The notes under the pieces are model-generated. The model saw nothing but the letters and a program-made list of their open reading frames with translations, searched no databases and was not told the DNA's origin. Position numbers and translations under genes: made by a program. Below are positions 1 to 7,938 of a stretch of DNA of 10,043 nucleotides, piece by piece. Numbering within the stretch: the stretch's first letter is position 1; every line of letters starts with the position of its first letter. Origin of the DNA: a virus; UHGV virus genome UHGV-2022489. One strand, given 5' to 3'.

Positions 1-216
1 TCAGTAAAGAGAATGAGAGATCAAAGTGGTCATTTTAATTGAGCTGGATAACGGACATTTCAATTGAGCCTTGACAAATGGTAAGGATGGCAGAATCTGG
101 CGGGAATCGTTGACACTGGCCGTCAACTGGCTACTATCGACAGTGATTCAAAATCATCCGTTTCTCCAAACGAATCAGAATCAAATGTCTGTCAGCAGTA
201 AGTGAACGGCCTGACC

Positions 217-414
217 TCACCAATCAGGCCTGTTCATCCAGTTAGTTGGTAAATCTGTACCTGATACACGAGAATCAAACACCACTTCTTCAGTGCCATC
301 ACCATGATGCCGGATAATCTGGTAACCGGATTGCGGGTTCTGGCTCTCAGCTTCATAAGCAGCCCGGAATGCTGGATCTTTGAGAAGCATCACTTTCAGC
401 TCCTGATGTGTCAT
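217..414 (-). CDS. Small hypothetical protein; the track ORF is 217..465, but the start is more likely the internal Met at 412-414 (MTHQELKVMLLKDPAFRAAYEAES...), giving about 65 aa. Function unknown; could be phage or host.
   Basis: Open frame in the track. The internal ATG at 412-414 is preceded by GGAAAAA, whereas the first ATG at 463-465 has no recognisable Shine-Dalgarno. No motif I can assign. Confidence 0.3.
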   Translation of the reverse strand: MTHQELKVMLLKDPAFRAAYEAESQNPQSGYQIIRHHGDGTEEVVFDSRVSGTDLPTNWMNRPDW

Positions 415-587
415 GAATTTTTCCATGATAAGCCCCGATGAATGCTGCCGCGCCGAATCAGCCATAACGCTGAAAATGGAAACTGTACGGCTTGGCCAAC
501 CCCGGACAGCAACAAAACAAGTTTTGTCACTGACCGGCGTTATCTTTCAAAAAAGACAGTTAACGATTTTTTGTCTGGTGTTTATGC

Positions 588-614
588 GTGAAATTTCGTG
601 CGTACGAAATTCAC
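588..614. repeat. Imperfect inverted repeat (hairpin-capable) in the non-coding region downstream of the secretin gene: GTGAAATTTCGT-gcgt-ACGAAATTCAC.
   Basis: Read directly: arms of about 11 bp with one bulged base. In Ff-type phages the region after gene IV carries packaging and origin hairpins; the same role here is inference. Confidence 0.4.
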
Positions 615-947
615 CACCAATAAACAAACGGACGATGACTGACCGGAAAAGCAATGCCGTCAGCATCATGACCACGCATTACCTGATTGAGAAGCCTTCT
701 GACTTCACGGCGCTCAGGCCTGGTCATCATCATATTGCGATACCAGGACGGCGATTTATCAAACCATCTGGCACAACTGGCAAAATGTGAACCGACACGA
801 CGATAAGACTTAAGGCGGCCACCGGGAAGTCGGTCACGCGCCTTATTTTTTACAGACATAATAAATCCTCTAAGTAACTGAATACCTAGAAGATGTCGTA
901 CTGTTCATACCCCATAAAAGTTAACGCCATAATAAAAATCCATACAA

Positions 948-2192
948 TCAGTTCAGGTTGTCCCGGAACAGTTCACCGCTCCTCGCGGCGCTGCGGGGCG
1001 TCGCCCTGCTCCGGTCAACCTTTCTGACCTGAAGCATCACCATAATATCAGTCTTGTTGCTTTCACTGGTACGGGAACCGAAGAAGCTCCAGCCGGAACT
1101 GGCCTTACTGTCTTTCTGTTCAGCAAGGCCACCAAGTAAAATAATGTCACCATCTGCAAGGCTGACTTCGGTTGTTACATCACGCTTGATAAGGGTTGGC
1201 GAGTTATTGACGCCGGTTTCAGCGGTCACAAAGTTGGAAAGCTGCTGCTGAATCTTGAGATCCATTGTCCGACTTTTGATTGATGGCGTCACGTTAAACA
1301 AAACACCGCTGGAACGATATTCAACGGATTGCGTTGTCGTATTGTTATTCACCGTAACACTGCCCAGTACTGGCACATCAGAGCCGACTGAAAAAGACGC
1401 TGAGGCATTATTTTTTACCCGCAGTCGTGGCGCACTGACAACAGTAAAACGACTGTCGGTTTTCAGCAGATTGAAAATGGCATCAATGGAGCCGGTTCGA
1501 ATATTGATAAAATTATCCAGTCCGGCAGCACCAACTGAAATATTGAATTTATCAGACAGAATTTTAGCCGCTAAAAGAATGCCGGAGCCGTCAGACTGCG
1601 AGGTCTGAACCTCAAAAACATAACCAGAAACAACCACTTCATCACTCATCGTATCCAGCGAAGTGACCAGTGTTTTCAGGATGGCGATATCCTCTTTCGT
1701 ACCATAATAAACCAGAATATCACCGGTTCGATTGATGTAGTTGCTTGCCCCTGATGAACCTTTTAGCGAATCGTCAGAAATCACGGCTCCACTGTTATTG
1801 AAGGAGCCTGAAACGTAGCCGCCAAGAATATCAGACAGGTAGGCAACAGAACGGTACTGAGGCGTATAAGTCCATGTATAACGTGGCTTAACCGGCTCTT
1901 TCGGCGTATAGGGCGCGATAAAATCAACACCCTTTTTCGTCCATATTCGAATGTTCATATTGCCAAGATAACGGGTTACAAATTCCCGTTCATCAATATC
2001 AGGTGTTAACCTGAATGTAATCATTCGTTCATCATTAACAAGCTGTGGATCTAGCATATACGGGACTTTAAGCACCTCACTGTAAATAAGAGAAATAGCC
2101 TCCGGTAGCTTGACTTTATTTAATTCAAGCTCTGACCCTGCGAAAGCACATGAAGAAAATAGTAGCGTTAATGCGAGTAAAATCTTTTTCAT
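948..2192 (-). CDS. Filamentous-phage pIV-type secretin (outer-membrane export channel), 414 aa
   Basis: N-terminal signal peptide (MKKILLALTLLFSSCAFAG); C-terminal secretin-like segment (DGDIILLGGLAEQKDSK...SGWSFFGSRTSESNKTDIMVMLQVRKV); last gene of the morphogenesis block. Its ATG (2190-2192) overlaps the stop of the upstream pI-like gene by one base (TAATG), indicating translational coupling. Confidence 0.85.
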   Translation of the reverse strand: MKKILLALTLLFSSCAFAGSELELNKVKLPEAISLIYSEVLKVPYMLDPQLVNDERMITFRLTPDIDEREFVTRYLGNMNIRIWTKKGVDFIAPYTPKEPVKPRYTWTYTPQYRSVAYLSDILGGYVSGSFNNSGAVISDDSLKGSSGASNYINRTGDILVYYGTKEDIAILKTLVTSLDTMSDEVVVSGYVFEVQTSQSDGSGILLAAKILSDKFNISVGAAGLDNFINIRTGSIDAIFNLLKTDSRFTVVSAPRLRVKNNASASFSVGSDVPVLGSVTVNNNTTTQSVEYRSSGVLFNVTPSIKSRTMDLKIQQQLSNFVTAETGVNNSPTLIKRDVTTEVSLADGDIILLGGLAEQKDSKASSGWSFFGSRTSESNKTDIMVMLQVRKVDRSRATPRSAARSGELFRDNLN

Positions 2193-3217
2193 TATTTTTT
2201 CCCCGTATAAAGCGTCACACGCTCACCATCAATAATTCCGCTCATCAACATCCCTTTGTAATTAAAACTAGATGCAGGAACGGCACGCAAAACACCGGCA
2301 CCGTTAACAAGAATCACAAACGCCCTGCCTTCACTGGTCATTCTCCCTGATATACGCCACTCGGTTGAAAGTGGCGGTTCAGCTGGTTCTGAGGGAGTAT
2401 CTGATGCTGGAGTAGCAGCGGAAGAACGAAACATGGCCGCATCACGTACATCTGTTGTAGTCAAATCTGGCGAGGGATCGCTTCGGCCAAACGTGCTGAA
2501 AAATGAGTAAATCAGCCAGCCTGACCCGATAAACATCAATGGAAAAAGCACAAGAAAGAACCTGACTTTGCCAGAATTCCAGATGCTCTGGCGTTTATCT
2601 GTCTGCTTTTCATTACCGTTATTTCCTTCATAGCTTTTGTAAAGTTCAAAAATATCAGGGTTATATTTATTGCGATAACTGGTGACGAGGTTGCTTTTAT
2701 AGATTTTGTGGCCTGAATATACGTCAATGCAGTAATGATTATTCAGGCCCAACGCTTTCAGCTTGCGCATCCGGTAAGTTGTTTCTATTTTGTCTTTCAG
2801 AAAGCGAGCAATATTAGAAAGTGACTGATTTACAATAACCAAAGCACAGCTAATACCCGTTTCAGGGTGCGTAAAATGACGATGTTCAGCAATAAATGAT
2901 TTCTTCTCAGCCGTCATATCCTTATCGCTACCGAAGATTCGCCATGCTTCATCAATAACAATTAAATCACCAAACTGGCAAAAGCTCCCTTCCCCACCTT
3001 TAAAAGGAAAGAAATCTGCTTTAAGCACATCATCATTATCCACAACAATAATTTCTCCCGTTGCATCAGGATAACGTTCGGTGATTTTATCTTTTTGTAA
3101 ACCATAAATGTTCGTCACAACTCTCCGGCCGCTGGTAAATGCCGGAATAATGACATTGCAAACGGCTTCATAACTTTTTCCTGAGCCGGGTATGCCAATA
3201 TATGCAGAAATAGCCAT
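2192..3217 (-). CDS. Filamentous-phage pI / Zot-like assembly NTPase, 341 aa
   Basis: Walker A P-loop near the N-terminus (GIPGSGKS, aa 8-15), one predicted transmembrane helix (FFLVLFPLMFIGSGWLIYSFF) after the NTPase domain, and a position directly upstream of the secretin, as for gene I of Ff and zot of CTXphi. Confidence 0.85.
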   Translation of the reverse strand: MAISAYIGIPGSGKSYEAVCNVIIPAFTSGRRVVTNIYGLQKDKITERYPDATGEIIVVDNDDVLKADFFPFKGGEGSFCQFGDLIVIDEAWRIFGSDKDMTAEKKSFIAEHRHFTHPETGISCALVIVNQSLSNIARFLKDKIETTYRMRKLKALGLNNHYCIDVYSGHKIYKSNLVTSYRNKYNPDIFELYKSYEGNNGNEKQTDKRQSIWNSGKVRFFLVLFPLMFIGSGWLIYSFFSTFGRSDPSPDLTTTDVRDAAMFRSSAATPASDTPSEPAEPPLSTEWRISGRMTSEGRAFVILVNGAGVLRAVPASSFNYKGMLMSGIIDGERVTLYTGKK

Positions 3218-4763
3218 AACTCACCCTATAACAGGAATACGTCGAATTAATAATTGGCGTTAAAATATCTCTTGCCGTTGGCGTTTCTTCAAGCTCAGGC
3301 TCTTTTACACCGGGATCTTCTCCCAAATCTATATTGCCATTATTTCCGGTGTCAGATCCTGAGTTGTTATTAATGGTAATATCAATATTGACGTCAGCCC
3401 CTGCACTGTCAGATACAGGTGAAAGCATATCTAATAACGTTGGAGATAGCCTAAGTTCCGACATCGCAGAAGTTACTTCAGCCGGTGAAACCTCTTTAAA
3501 CGGTAAGCCGTTATAATCGGCATTAACGGCAGCTTCAGACCACAGCTCGTTAATCATGTCGGCAAGAAGTGCTGGCGATACACTAACACTATCAAGATAC
3601 TCCAGATAATCAATCATGGACTCAATATTTCCTGCCTCCAGTACTTCCGTCATGGCTTTATATTTGGTATTGGTCCAGATAGTAAGCTCACTCTTTTCAT
3701 CAATATCTTTTGCGGTGTAATCCTCTTTTTCAGGAACGGCGCAAATCGTCGAATATCCACCATTTGACTGATTAGTCGTTTTACAAGGCGTGTTGTGATA
3801 CTGATATTGCTTGCCTGCTGTTAAATAAGCAACGCTGTAATACATGGGAAGCCCTGCTACATTTTCATACATGGGAATACCTGCGGGAAATGAAGATGCG
3901 GCCGGGTTGCTATACAAGTGTGTAATTTCTGGTATTTCATAAAATGAGGAAGGATAAGTAAACTTATAATTCTGTTCAGTAAAGGATACATCTCCATTAC
4001 TGTTGACAACTTTATTCGTCACAGTGCGTTCAAAATTTGTTAGTGTTTCAGTATAAGTACGCGAGTTATAGTCATTAAGATAATTTCTGGCAATTTCAGT
4101 TGGATTATCACCATAGTAATAAATTAGCTCTTTCGAATCCTGATAATAATAAAGTGCATTATCTGGCGTGGAATATCCTGTTTCAACACCTACAACTGGA
4201 GAACCCGCATCCACATTATTACGACTAACATGAAGGATTACCGGACTTAATTCCTGTGGTTCAAAATTAACGGTTATCGTCTTACTTTCACCACTTTGAC
4301 CACTGTACGTTACTTCATATAAATTATCGGAAATCTTTTTACCGTTAGTCATTACCATTACCGAGCCGTCAGATGAACTCAAAGAAGACGGAACAAAAGA
4401 TGATACAGCAGCAGCAATACCCGCCCACGTTGCAACACCGCTCATTTTGTATGATGAGGCAGCAGGCAAGTATTCGGCAGCATTAGCCGCAGCGCGGCCA
4501 ACAAAAACACGGGTTGCTGTAAGCTGTGATGCCGTATAAATCGCATCATTGGCAGCAAAGCGACGAACAAGCACCCGGCCAACGACTTTAGGAATAACAG
4601 CCCGCGCAGCCACTGCTGCAATTGCTGGTACAAATGAATATGAATATCGGGGAAAGGAAACCCAGAGAAAGGAAAAAATAAAGGAATAAACCGTCAGCCT
4701 CTTAGCCCAAGAATAACGACATAAGCTGAGACGATCCCCCATAAAAGGGAACCCAATTTCCAT
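3168..4763 (-). CDS. pIII-like minor coat / adsorption protein (putative), 531 aa; start codon uncertain
   Basis: Large ORF immediately downstream of the major coat gene. GGAGA lies about 8 nt upstream of the ATG at 4761-4763. Contains a Gly/Asn/Ser-rich linker (NNNSGSDTGNNGNIDLGEDPG) typical of inter-domain linkers in pIII-type proteins. The assignment is by position and composition only. The 3' end overlaps the pI-like gene by 50 nt. Confidence 0.55.
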   Translation of the reverse strand: MEIGFPFMGDRLSLCRYSWAKRLTVYSFIFSFLWVSFPRYSYSFVPAIAAVAARAVIPKVVGRVLVRRFAANDAIYTASQLTATRVFVGRAAANAAEYLPAASSYKMSGVATWAGIAAAVSSFVPSSLSSSDGSVMVMTNGKKISDNLYEVTYSGQSGESKTITVNFEPQELSPVILHVSRNNVDAGSPVVGVETGYSTPDNALYYYQDSKELIYYYGDNPTEIARNYLNDYNSRTYTETLTNFERTVTNKVVNSNGDVSFTEQNYKFTYPSSFYEIPEITHLYSNPAASSFPAGIPMYENVAGLPMYYSVAYLTAGKQYQYHNTPCKTTNQSNGGYSTICAVPEKEDYTAKDIDEKSELTIWTNTKYKAMTEVLEAGNIESMIDYLEYLDSVSVSPALLADMINELWSEAAVNADYNGLPFKEVSPAEVTSAMSELRLSPTLLDMLSPVSDSAGADVNIDITINNNSGSDTGNNGNIDLGEDPGVKEPELEETPTARDILTPIINSTYSCYRVSYGYFCIYWHTRLRKKL

Positions 4764-4827
4764 AATTCAATCTCCATAATAACCTCAAGTAAAACGGGCG
4801 ATATTGCATCGCCCATGAATAATGAAT

Positions 4828-5061
4828 TTATGCGGATTTAACGGTACGCAATACCCAGCGAACGCCAGCGACACCGGCATAAAGTGTTACCAGTGAAGCA
4901 GCAACGGCCATAATCGCAACCAGAACTGTACTGAAATCAATGCTGTTCGTCAGCGGCGATAAATCAACACCACTTGATGCCGCTCCTTCTGCAGCGAAAG
5001 TCGCGCCAGAAACAGCCATTAATGCAGGTACAGCCAGAAAACTAACGATTTTTTTAAACAT
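4828..5061 (-). CDS. pVIII-like major coat protein precursor, 77 aa
   Basis: Signal peptide (MFKKIVSFLAVPALMAVSGATFA) followed by a mature sequence beginning AEG (Ff pVIII mature protein begins AEGDDP), a hydrophobic helix (VLVAIMAVAASLVTLYAGVAGV) and a basic C-terminus (RWVLRTVKSA). GGAGA lies 8 nt upstream of the ATG. Confidence 0.8.
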   Translation of the reverse strand: MFKKIVSFLAVPALMAVSGATFAAEGAASSGVDLSPLTNSIDFSTVLVAIMAVAASLVTLYAGVAGVRWVLRTVKSA

Positions 5062-5095
5062 AACTCTATCTCCATTACATTTTAAAGGTTCGCAT

Positions 5096-5347
5096 TCAAG
5101 CAGTACGAACCATCTTTATTACCTGTCCCACACCTACAGAAAAAAGCCAGAGCAGCAGGACAGAGCCAAAACCTAATGTCCAGTAATTTTCCATTGCAGA
5201 ATAATCAATTTGATGAAATGGTTCAGAACGTACCATTATTGCCTGACATTCTTTTGCATTGTTCGCATTACATAAATAACCTTCAATACGGTAACCATTT
5301 TCAGGAATATGATTATCAAACTGAATATCGAAACCTGATGTATCCAT
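5096..5347 (-). CDS. Hypothetical phage protein with a C-terminal transmembrane anchor, 83 aa (possible minor virion or assembly protein)
   Basis: ORF between the ssDNA-binding-like gene and the major coat gene, where Ff encodes pVII/pIX. C-terminal hydrophobic helix (WTLGFGSVLLLWLFSVGVGQVI) followed by basic residues (KMVRTA). No recognisable catalytic motif. Confidence 0.45.
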   Translation of the reverse strand: MDTSGFDIQFDNHIPENGYRIEGYLCNANNAKECQAIMVRSEPFHQIDYSAMENYWTLGFGSVLLLWLFSVGVGQVIKMVRTA

Positions 5348-5349
5348 AA

Positions 5350-5667
5350 TCAGCCTTTTATTTCAGTAATGCCGCCATCTGATGAAATGTTATAAGTTAC
5401 TCCTTCCCTCCCCTCCATTGACCAGACGCGAACATATACAGGTATCTGGACTAACTTACCGATAAAATTATTTGCCTGATTCATTACACCGGCATTAACA
5501 AGAGCCTGAGATACACGAATAATAATCTGGTCTTGCTTAGTGCCGCCAAAACCATCAGGAATCTCTAAGCCAACACCAATTTCATTATAGTATCCCTGAC
5601 CATTGACCTTATTACGCTGGCGAGCACCAAGCATTTTACCTTTTACAAAAAGACCATAATTAGACAT
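5350..5667 (-). CDS. Putative ssDNA-binding protein (gene V / RstB position), 105 aa
   Basis: Small ORF directly downstream of the Rep gene and tightly packed with its neighbours, as for gene V in Ff and rstB in CTXphi. Assignment is by size and synteny only. Confidence 0.45.
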   Translation of the reverse strand: MSNYGLFVKGKMLGARQRNKVNGQGYYNEIGVGLEIPDGFGGTKQDQIIIRVSQALVNAGVMNQANNFIGKLVQIPVYVRVWSMEGREGVTYNISSDGGITEIKG

Positions 5668-5678
5668 ATCACTCTCCT

Positions 5679-6731
5679 TTAATGCCAGTTACTGGCATGT
5701 GAAATACGGTTATAATCGAAAATTAAACCTTTCTCATAAACCCATGATGGAATTTTGGCTGGTTTGGCTTCAAGAGTACGAACCAACGGAACAACGTTAT
5801 TAGAATCCGGTGACTCACAATAAAAGTTAATATCTATTCCGAAAGAAAGTAATTCTTTACGGTGTCGGTAGAATGTAGGTTTCGGAAACATCTCTTTCAT
5901 GTTCGCGCCCTGCTTCCACAATAAATATGTAGACTGTATTTTTCTTGGGAGATTAATTATTTTTTCATCAGTTAATATAGTATTTTGATTCATTTCTATT
6001 CTCCCTACATAGTCAGAGAATAATTTATTGGGCGTCTCAATATTCCAGCTATTACCAAGCGTAAGATTCAAATCAATTAATTCAGTTGTTCTTAATGTTA
6101 ATTCAATGCGTAATTTATCTTTTGACCAGTCCAGTAAACCAGCTTTAACGAATTCGTCTGCCATCTGGTGCCCTTTTTTGCCAGATGTATGCTCATCATA
6201 TTTTGAATAAAATTTCAGGCTCCAACGACGGGAGTTTTTCCCTAAGTAAACAGTGCCACCTTTACCACAGGCGCGACCGTGGCGAGTTTTAGCTTTAAAT
6301 TCTGCGGCATATAACCATGCGCGGACATTTTCTAATGTTGACAATGAATACATGTAATTGATATCGATGCGCGAGATCTTAAATTGCCCTTCCATGACCT
6401 GCCGATAGGATGGTAGATCATGAGGAATATGCAGTAATGCCAATATTCTGGCGTAAGTTGTTACCACCAACCCTTGCAAATCGTCGGGACCGATAACAGA
6501 GTGACCTTGCAAAAACTTTGATGGATTACCGTCAATGTAGAGATGTGTTGCCCGACCTTCACCATCAGATCCAACAGACCTTACTTTCATTGTGGACTCA
6601 TGCGAACCGCGAACGGTCAACCGTTTTACTGTTTCCCACTCCACTGCACCGTCAGCATCGACGCTGACGACACTACCAGCCGGTAACGGTCGGTGTGTGC
6701 AAGGCAGGATTCCGGTAAACCAGTCGATCAT
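5679..6731 (-). CDS. Rolling-circle replication initiation protein (pII / RstA-like, Rep_trans-type), 350 aa
   Basis: First gene of the minus-strand phage operon, divergent from the HTH repressor. Contains a segment (GKGGTVYLGKNSRRWSLKFYSKYDE) resembling the conserved G-x-T-x-Y-x-G-x-R ... Y-x-K motif of Rep_trans replication initiators. Confidence 0.8.
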   Translation of the reverse strand: MIDWFTGILPCTHRPLPAGSVVSVDADGAVEWETVKRLTVRGSHESTMKVRSVGSDGEGRATHLYIDGNPSKFLQGHSVIGPDDLQGLVVTTYARILALLHIPHDLPSYRQVMEGQFKISRIDINYMYSLSTLENVRAWLYAAEFKAKTRHGRACGKGGTVYLGKNSRRWSLKFYSKYDEHTSGKKGHQMADEFVKAGLLDWSKDKLRIELTLRTTELIDLNLTLGNSWNIETPNKLFSDYVGRIEMNQNTILTDEKIINLPRKIQSTYLLWKQGANMKEMFPKPTFYRHRKELLSFGIDINFYCESPDSNNVVPLVRTLEAKPAKIPSWVYEKGLIFDYNRISHASNWH

Positions 6732-6902
6732 AAGTAGTCACACCCATCAAAATATACGTCAATAGTCATTTGTGAGCGGATTAAATGGTCACAATGTAAT
6801 ATGCTCAGATCTGACAGTCAATACATTTGCAATGTTTAAATTGTCAGAAATGAGCATAAAATCTAACTATTGAAAAACCACTGTTAAGATGGAGCCAAGT
6901 AG
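6732..6902. promoter_or_regulatory. Divergent promoter/operator region between the Rep gene and the repressor gene
   Basis: 171-bp AT-rich intergenic region between divergent genes. Contains inverted repeats (TCTGACA ... TGTCAGA around 6810-6860; near-palindrome CATTTGCAATG) that could be operator sites. Exact promoters were not mapped. Confidence 0.5.
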
Positions 6903-7349
6903 ATGGGCAACAATGAGCATGAAGTTATGGCGGACAAACAGAGAGCAGAACGTATCAAAAAGGTAATTCTGGAACACTCGACTTATGAAGAACTGGCCGA
7001 GAAGACTGGCATTAGCGTGAGTACGCTGGTCAGGATAGCGTCCGGCAAAACTGAACCTAAATTCAGTGACATCATTCAGATAGCTAAAATTACGGGTGCA
7101 GACTTAAACACCTTAGCTTATGGCTATACTCTTGATGTTAAAGAAGAAGCTACCGAGCGGAAGCTAATCACTTCTGCGGATGGATATACTGATGAAGAAA
7201 CCACTAACGCACATAATTTCATCGTGTGGAACATCAGGACACTGGAAAAACAAGATATTCTGGCACTCGCAAGGCAGGTTTCTGCATTAAGTTCATACAC
7301 TTACAGTACTAAAATGTTTATGAAAAAAGCGGTGTCTGGAGAAGAGTAA
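6903..7349 (+). CDS. XRE-family helix-turn-helix transcriptional repressor (RstR-like phage repressor), 148 aa
   Basis: Classic Cro/C1-type HTH (STYEELAEKTGISVSTLVRIASGKTEPKFSDIIQIAKITGADLNTLA); divergent from the Rep gene as rstR is in CTXphi; GGAG about 9 nt upstream of the ATG. Confidence 0.8.
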   Translation: MGNNEHEVMADKQRAERIKKVILEHSTYEELAEKTGISVSTLVRIASGKTEPKFSDIIQIAKITGADLNTLAYGYTLDVKEEATERKLITSADGYTDEETTNAHNFIVWNIRTLEKQDILALARQVSALSSYTYSTKMFMKKAVSGEE

Positions 7350-7378
7350 AAGGATTAACAGTCTCAGGAATGAGACAA

Positions 7379-7413
7379 ACGTGCAGTATTACCAACACTG
7401 CACGTTCTTTATT
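7379..7413 (+). terminator. Rho-independent terminator downstream of the repressor gene
   Basis: Perfect 9-bp stem (ACGTGCAGT, 9-nt loop, ACTGCACGT) followed by TCTTTATT, 30 nt after the stop codon. Confidence 0.6.
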
Positions 7414-7448
7414 GTGCGAATTTTGAACAGTAAAAAAGGATCAAAAGG

Positions 7449-7871
7449 ATGAGTAGAAATAACGAAACAAGCGGCGTTGAACTGGTTGTCGTCGGCGTAT
7501 TTGCTTTCTGTCTGGCAGTTGTTGCCTGGCTAATGAAAACTTTCGATGTTGAATGGCAAACAGCACTGGAAACTGCGCCTGGCCTGATAGTCTGGCTGCT
7601 TGTTGTTGGGGCGGGGATCTTTTTCGGGATCAAAATGGAAACAGGCCTTGTTCGCTGGGGTGCTCCACTGGCGATCGCCCTTCTGATTCCGGTATTCAAA
7701 CCAATTCTTAAGGAAGCTGCCGGAGTACGTGAAATGGGTGGGTTGGTTTTCGATGATATGGTTTCGTGGTACGGAACTGGCTGGGGAATGTCGTTAATGT
7801 TTTTCGGTATTCTTATCGTCGGATACGGTCTGCTTTATTGGTGGCACAGAAGAAACTCTTATTATTGGTAA
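7449..7871 (+). CDS. Small integral membrane protein with four predicted transmembrane helices, 140 aa; function unknown
   Basis: Four hydrophobic segments (LVVVGVFAFCLAVVAWLM; GLIVWLLVVGAGIFFGI; WGAPLAIALLIPVF; WGMSLMFFGILIVGYGLLYWW); AAGGA-type RBS upstream of the ATG. No motif I can assign. Confidence 0.7.
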   Translation: MSRNNETSGVELVVVGVFAFCLAVVAWLMKTFDVEWQTALETAPGLIVWLLVVGAGIFFGIKMETGLVRWGAPLAIALLIPVFKPILKEAAGVREMGGLVFDDMVSWYGTGWGMSLMFFGILIVGYGLLYWWHRRNSYYW

Positions 7872-7938
7872 GCAATTTTGCTCCATATATCAGCGGTGAA
7901 GTTCAGAGGTGGTTATTTTTTAGTCTTGAGGAAAGATA

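Noticed and set aside
208-230. Inverted repeat GGCCTGA-N9-TCAGGCC overlapping the stop codon of the 217..414 ORF
   Set aside because: Short 7-bp stem with no adjacent T-run on either strand; not convincing as a terminator.
413-790. Plus-strand ORF 413..790 (125 aa)
   Set aside because: Overlaps both the small minus-strand ORF at 217..465 and the minus-strand ORF 611..859; low-complexity translation with several internal Met and no clear RBS. Kept only as an alternative in the finding on 465-947.
1054-1608. Plus-strand ORFs 1054..1251 and 1255..1608 (65 and 117 aa)
   Set aside because: They lie entirely antisense within the well-supported secretin gene, with no RBS or motif; most likely frame artefacts.
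2150-2727. ORFs 2150..2350 (+) and 2536..2727 (-)
   Set aside because: Embedded in or antisense to the pI/Zot-like gene; low-complexity translations, no start context; likely spurious.
3334-3516. Plus-strand ORF 3334..3516 (60 aa)
   Set aside because: Antisense to the pIII-like gene; no supporting signals.
4442-4633. Minus-strand ORF 4442..4633 (63 aa), alternative frame inside the pIII-like gene
   Set aside because: Overlaps the pIII-like ORF out of frame; Leu/Gln-rich low-complexity translation; no RBS.
4940-5176. Plus-strand ORF 4940..5176 (78 aa)
   Set aside because: Antisense to the major coat gene and the 83-aa gene, which have strong support (RBS, signal peptide, AEG mature start).
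6028-6210. Plus-strand ORF 6028..6210 (60 aa)
   Set aside because: Antisense within the Rep gene; no signals.
6768-6783. lac-operator-like sequence TTGTGAGCGGAT in the Rep-repressor intergenic region
   Set aside because: Only one half-site matches and there is no symmetric partner or lacI nearby; most likely a chance match, though it might cause weak LacI cross-binding in lacI-positive hosts.
7409-7699. Minus-strand ORF 7409..7699 (96 aa)
   Set aside because: Antisense to the 4-TM membrane protein gene and spanning the repressor terminator; Thr/Ser-rich low-complexity translation.
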